Of a DNA stretch of 64,000 nt, positions 58,519 through 64,000 are shown piece after piece; within the stretch, counting starts at the first letter, position 1; every line of letters begins with the position of its first letter. The notes under the pieces are model-generated. The model did not search any database. It had not been told where the DNA came from and saw nothing but the letters and a program-made list of their open reading frames with translations. The position numbers and the translations under genes are program-made. Source of the stretch: Scyliorhinus canicula (lineage: Eukaryota); assembly GCF_902713615.1 (NCBI RefSeq), contig NC_052158.1, positions 19,588,546 through 19,652,545 of the forward strand, read 5' to 3'.

Positions 58519-61500
58519 TTTTTTTTAAATAATTTTTATTCAAATTTTCACAAAAAATAAAACAATAACAGAAAATTCTAAGAACAAAAAAAAACAGACC
58601 CCCCCCCCCCCCCCACTGCCGTAAATACAAAAGAGAAACAATAAATTAACGCCCGTCGTTGGCAAAAAACAGATATTGAACCCAAAACAAAAACAAAGAG
58701 ACAACCCCCCCCCCCGGGTTGCTGCTGCTGACCTTTTGTTTTTACCGTTCAGCCAGGAGATCTAGGAATGGTTGCCATCTCCTGAAGAACCCCTGCACTG
58801 ACCCCCTTAGGGCAAATTTCACCCTCTCCAATTTAATAAACCCCGCCATATCGTTGACCCAGGCCTCCACGCTTGGGGGCCTCGCATCCTTCCACGGAAG
58901 AATAATCCTCCGCCGGGCTACTAGGGACGCAAAGGCCAGAACACCGGCCTCTTTCGCCTCCTGCACTCCCGGCTCCACTGCAACCCCAAATATTGCGGGT
59001 CCCCAGCCTGGATTGACCCTGGATCCCACCACCCTCGATACCGTCCTTGCTACACCCTTCCAAAATTCCCCCAGCGCTGGGCATGCCCAGAACATGTGGA
59101 CATGGTTTGCTGGGCTCCCTGAGCACCTAATACACCTGTCCTCGCTCCCAAAATACCAGCTCATCCTTGTCCCGGTCATATGAGCCCTATGCAGTACCTT
59201 AAACTGTATGAGGCTAAGCCTCGCACATGAAGAGGAGGAGTTCACCCTTTCTAGGGCATCCGCCCACGTCCCCTCCTCAATCTCCTCACCCAGCTCCTCC
59301 TCCCATTTATCTTTCAGCTCCTCCACCGAGGCCTCGTCTACCTCCTGCATCACCTGGTACACTTCCAAGATCCTCCCCTCTCCAACCCATACCCCCGAGA
59401 GCACCCTGTGCTGGACCCCACGCGGCGGCAGCAGGGGGAACCCCGCCACCTGCCGCCTGACAAACGCCCTTACTTGCATGTACCTAAAGGCGTTCCCCGG
59501 GGAAAGCCTGAACTTCCCTTCCAGCTCACCCAGGCTCGCAAACTTCCCATCTATGAACAGGTCCCCCAGCCTCCTGACACCTGCCCTGTGCCAACTCAGG
59601 AACCCACCATCAATTCTCCCCGGAACAAACCGGTGGTTCCCCCGTATTGGGGACCCCATTGAGGCCCCCACCTCCCCCCTGTGCCGCCTCCATTGCCCCC
59701 AAATCTTGAGGGTAGCTGCCACCACCGGGCTCGTGGTATACCTCGTCGGAGGGAGCGGCAGCGGCGCCGTTGCAAGCGCTTCCAGGCTCGTACCCACACA
59801 GGATGCCATCTCCAGCCTCTTCCATGCTGTCCCCTCCCCGTCCATTACTCACTTACGCACCATTGCTGCGTTGGCAGCCCAATAATACCCACAGAGGTTG
59901 GGCAACGCCAGCCCCCCCCCCCCCCCCCCCCCCACCATCCCTGCCCCGCTCCAAGAACACCCGTCTCATCCTTGGAGTCCCGTGTGCCCACACAAACCCC
60001 GTAATGCTCCTGAAAAAGGCCTTCAGGATAAGGATGGGGAGGCACTGGAACAGGAACAGAAACCTCGGGAGCACCGTCATCTTGACTGACTGCACCCTAC
60101 CCGCCAGAGACAGCGGCAGCATGTCCCACCTCTTAAACTCCTCCTCCATTTGCTCCACCAGCCTTGTGAGGTTTAGCTTATGCAAGGCCCCCCAGCTCCT
60201 GGCCACCTGAACCCCCAAGTACCTGAAGCTCCTCTCCGCCCTTTTCAGTGGGAGCCTCCCAATCCCCCCTCCTGGTCCCCCGGGTGTACCACAAACAGCT
60301 CGCTTTTCCCAAAGTTAAGCTTATACCCTGAGAAATCCCCAAATTCTCCATCACCACCGGCATTCCCCCCACCGGGTCCGCCACATACAACAATAGGTCA
60401 TCCGCATAGAGCGACATTCGGTGCTCCTCCCCACCCCGGACGACATTCGGTGCTCCTCCCCACCCCGGACCAGCCCCCTCCAATCCCCCGACTCCCTCAG
60501 CGCCATACCCAGGGGTTCAATTGCCAGCGCAAAAAGTAGGAGGGACAGGGGACACCCCTGCCTCGTCCCTCGGTATAGTCGAAAATACTCCGACCTCCTC
60601 TTATTCGTAGCCACACTTGCCATCGGGGCCTCATACAACAGCCTCACCCAACTGACAAACCCCTCCCCAAACCCAAACCTTTCCTGCACCTCCCACAAGT
60701 ACCCCCATCCGACCCTATCAAAGGCCTTCTCCGCATCTAGCGCCACCACTATCTCCGCCTCCCCTTCCACCGCCGGCATCATAATAACATTCAAGAACCT
60801 CCGTATATTAGTGTTCAGCTGCCTCCCCTTCACAAACCCCGTTTGATCCTCGTGGATAACTTGCGGCACACAATCTTCTATCCTCGTGGCTAAGATCTTG
60901 CCAACAACTTGGCGTCCACATTCAGGAGTGAGATCGGCCTGTATGACCCACACTGCAGGGTACCCATGTCTCGCTTAAGGATCAAGTAGATCAGCGCCCG
61001 AGACTTTGTCAGGGGTAAACACCCCCCCCTCCTCCCTCGCCTCGTTGAAGGTCCTAACCAACAGGGGGCCCAGGAGGTCTGCATACGCCTTGTAAAATTC
61101 AACCGGGATCCCATCCGGCCCCAGTGCCTTCCCCGACTGCATGTTCCCTATCCCTTTAACCAGCTCCTCAAGCTCAACTGCCGCCCCCAGACCCTCCACC
61201 CATCCCTCGGGAATCTCAGCCGGTCCAAAAAGCGCCTCATCCCCCCCTTCTCCGCCGGAGGTTCGGACCGATATAGTTTCTCATAAAAGTCCCTGAAGAC
61301 CCCATTAATGTCTACCCCCCTCCGCACCACATTTCCTCCCCGGTCCTTAACTCCACCAATCTCCCTAGCCGTGTCCCGCTTACAGAGCTTGTGTGCCAGC
61401 ATCCTACTCGCCTTCTCCCCATATTCGTACACCGCTCCCTGTGCTTTCCTCCACTGAGCTCCCACCTTTCTTGTGGTCAACAAGTCAAACTCAGCACGAA

Positions 61501-62717
61501 GGCTGCGCCGCTCCCTCAGCAATCCCTCCTCCGGGGCCCCCTGTCCACCCTCACCATCTCCCCCACCAATCTCTCCCTTTCTCTCTGCTCCCCTCTCTCC
61601 CTGTGGGCCCGAATGGAGATCAACTCCCCCCGAACCACCGCCTTCAGCGCCTCCCAGACCGTCCCCACTCGGACCTCCCCATTATCGTTGGCCTCCAGGT
61701 ACCTCTTGATGCATCCTCGAAATCGCCCCCTCACATCCTCGTCCACCAGCAGCCCCACCTCCAACCGCCACAACGGGCTGGTTCCTCTCCTCCCCCAGCT
61801 CGAGGTCCACCCAATGCGGGGCATGGTCAGAAATGGCTATCGCCGAGTACTCAGCGTCTACTACCCCCGCAATCAGCGCCCTACTCAAAACAAAGAAGTC
61901 AATCCGGGAGTAGGCCTTATGCACATGGGAGAAGTATGAAAATTTCCTGGCCCTCGGCCTCGCGAACCTCCAGGGATCCACCCCTCCCATCTGGTCCATA
62001 AACCCCCTCAGCACCTTAGCCGCCGCAGGCCTCCTACCTGTCCTGGAACTGGATCGATCCAGTGGTGGATCCAGCACCGTGTTGAAATCACCCCCCCCCC
62101 CCCCCCCCCCCCCCCCCATTATCAGGCCCCCCACCTCCAAATCTGGAATCCGGCCCAACATGCGCCGCATGAAACCCACATCATCCCAATTCGGGGCATA
62201 TACATTGACCAGCACCACCCGCTCCCCTTGCAGCTTGCCGCTCACCATCACGTACCTCCCGCCGCTGTCTGCCACCACACTCGACGCCTCAAACGACACC
62301 CTCTTCCCCACCAGGATCGCCACCCCCCCGTTTTTTTTGCATCCAGCCCCGAATGAAACACTTGGCCCACCCACCCCTTCCTCAACCTGACCTGAGCCAC
62401 CACCTTCAGGTGCGTCTCCTGAAGCATAGCCACGTCCGACTTCAGCCCCCTCAGGTGCGCGAACAAGCGGGACTGTTTGACCGGCCCATTCAGTCCCCTC
62501 ACATTCCAGGTGATCAGCCGGATCGGAGGGCCACCTGCCCCCCTCCCCCGTCGACTAGCCATCACCCTTCTGTAATCCGCCACGTGCCCGCGCCCCCCGC
62601 TCAGCCCGTTCCTCACAGCGACAGACCTCCATCCTGATCCCCTCTGCACGTCCCAGCTCCTTCTTGGCCATTCCAGCAGCAACCCGGTATCCCCCCCCTC
62701 AACCCCCCCCCCAAACT
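58519..62717 (-). mobile_element. L1/Tx1-clade LINE with near-complete but frameshifted ORF2 (APE-RT-CCHC)
   Basis: ITWNVRGL, LQETH, VNVYAPN, GDFN, SRIDFF, SDHAP; GPDG, YRPISLLNVD, DAEKAFDRV, RQGCPLS, YADD; HMFWAC. TSD AAAAATGTGT (58509-58518, 62718-62727). Confidence 0.92.
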
Positions 62718-62893
62718 AAAAATGTGTATTTGTTGCTCACCCATAGGACACCCAAGGCACTTCCTAGCCTATAAATTGGAAGAACTGCAACCTCTCTTGT
62801 TCAATGGGCAAACAGTGGGAATTTGTGCACAGTAATATCCCATAAAACAGAAGATCAATAGTCATTGAACCTACTGTGATAGTTTACGTTGAA

Positions 62894-63213
62894 GGCCTTA
62901 TCAGTGTTTCACAGGCCTAATCAGTGTTTCACAGGCCTAATCAGTGTTTCACATGCCTAATCAGTGTCTCACAAGCCTAATCAGTGTTTCACAGGCCTAA
63001 TCAGTGTTTCACAGGCCTAATCAGTGTTTCACAGGCCTAATCAGTGTCTCACAGGCCTAATCAGTGTCTCACAGGCCTAATCAGTGTCTCACAGGCCGAA
63101 TCAGTGTCTCACAGGCCGAATCAGTGTCTCACAGGCCTAATCAGTGTCTCACAGGCCTAATCAGTGTCTCACAGGCCTAATCAGTGTCTCACAGGCCTAA
63201 TCAGTGTTTCTCA
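62894..63213. repeat. 20-bp minisatellite, ~16 copies
   Basis: GGCCTAATCAGTGT(T/C)TCACA. Confidence 0.95.
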
Positions 63214-64000
63214 GACTGAGATCTGTGGGTGCCTGGAATCCACAGATACTTTGCTCCGGGGTTCACTGAAATAACCTCTCAATTGAAGGTGAGAGAGAAA
63301 AGTCTAGAGTGGAGAAAGGGAAAAGGACAACCTGTTAGTGCTAGAGAGTATCAGTCACAGACCAGCCGCTGAAAAGACTTTCACCAATGATGCCCAATGA
63401 CTCTTACGTTTACTTGAGGGGAGGCCAGTTACTGCTGCGATACTGCGCTGTATTCAGTTTGGGCTTGTGCCCTGACCTGCGTTCGATCCTGGCCCCGGGT
63501 CGCTGTCTGTGTGGAGTTTGCATGTTCTCCCTGTGTCTGTGTGGGTCCCACCCCCCGCAAACCAAAAAGATGTGCAGATAGGTGGATTGGCCACGCTAAG
63601 GGCCCCTCAGTTGGAACAAAAATAATGGGGCACTCTAAATTTATTTTTTTTTAAACTCAAAAAAAAGCCCCACTATTTGTCATCTGCAGACCATATGGGA
63701 TAGCCACGTAATTTTGCCTTGTCCTAAAAGGAATAAGCATGAGGCTGAGAAACAATCGTGTTCAGTGTAAAATGATGTATTGGTAGTGCTTCTGTACTTG
63801 TCAATAATATACAAGGGAACTGGACTCTGGTATCCTTTTTTTTTTAAATAATGAAATGAAATGAAATGAAAATTGCTTATTGTCACGAGTAGGCTTCAAT
63901 GAAGTTACTGTGAAAAGCCCCTAGTCGCCACATTCCGGCGCCTGTCCGGGGAGGCTGGTACGGGAATCGAACCGTGCTGCTGGCCTGCTTGGTCTGCTTT

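Noticed and set aside
390-64000. tRNA genes
   Set aside because: All A/B-box hits are SINE heads fused to cores and tails; none has a complete cloverleaf context.

Overview
Eukaryotic DNA from a cartilaginous fish, probably a catshark (Scyliorhinus-like). The species call is inferred from the HE1/V-SINE, CR1, Tx1/L1 and Harbinger-MITE repeat landscape. Most of the window is retroelements and DNA transposons, often nested with readable target-site duplications (TSDs). Most long ORFs in the supplied track are repeat translations. Across the repeats I could assemble by hand one minus-strand spliced gene (at least 9 exons, 45029 down to 804, 418 codons, all GT-AG). It encodes a signal peptide, a Cys-less IgV domain of CD2/SLAM/CEACAM type, an IgC2 domain, five predicted transmembrane segments each on its own phase-1 exon, and a basic cytoplasmic tail. 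This is a two-Ig-domain, five-pass immunoglobulin-superfamily receptor with CD47-like membrane topology. It has a TATA-less ETS/RUNX/GC-box promoter and a uORF whose stop overlaps the start codon. Other notable structures: a 5.16-kb Buster/Charlie hAT with a ~52-unit G-spacer array inside an RT-deleted CR1; a perfect 154-bp inverted duplication plus a 31-unit array in intron 1; V-SINEs with three different 3' tails; and several solo LTRs. The terminal exon was not identified and no database search was run.
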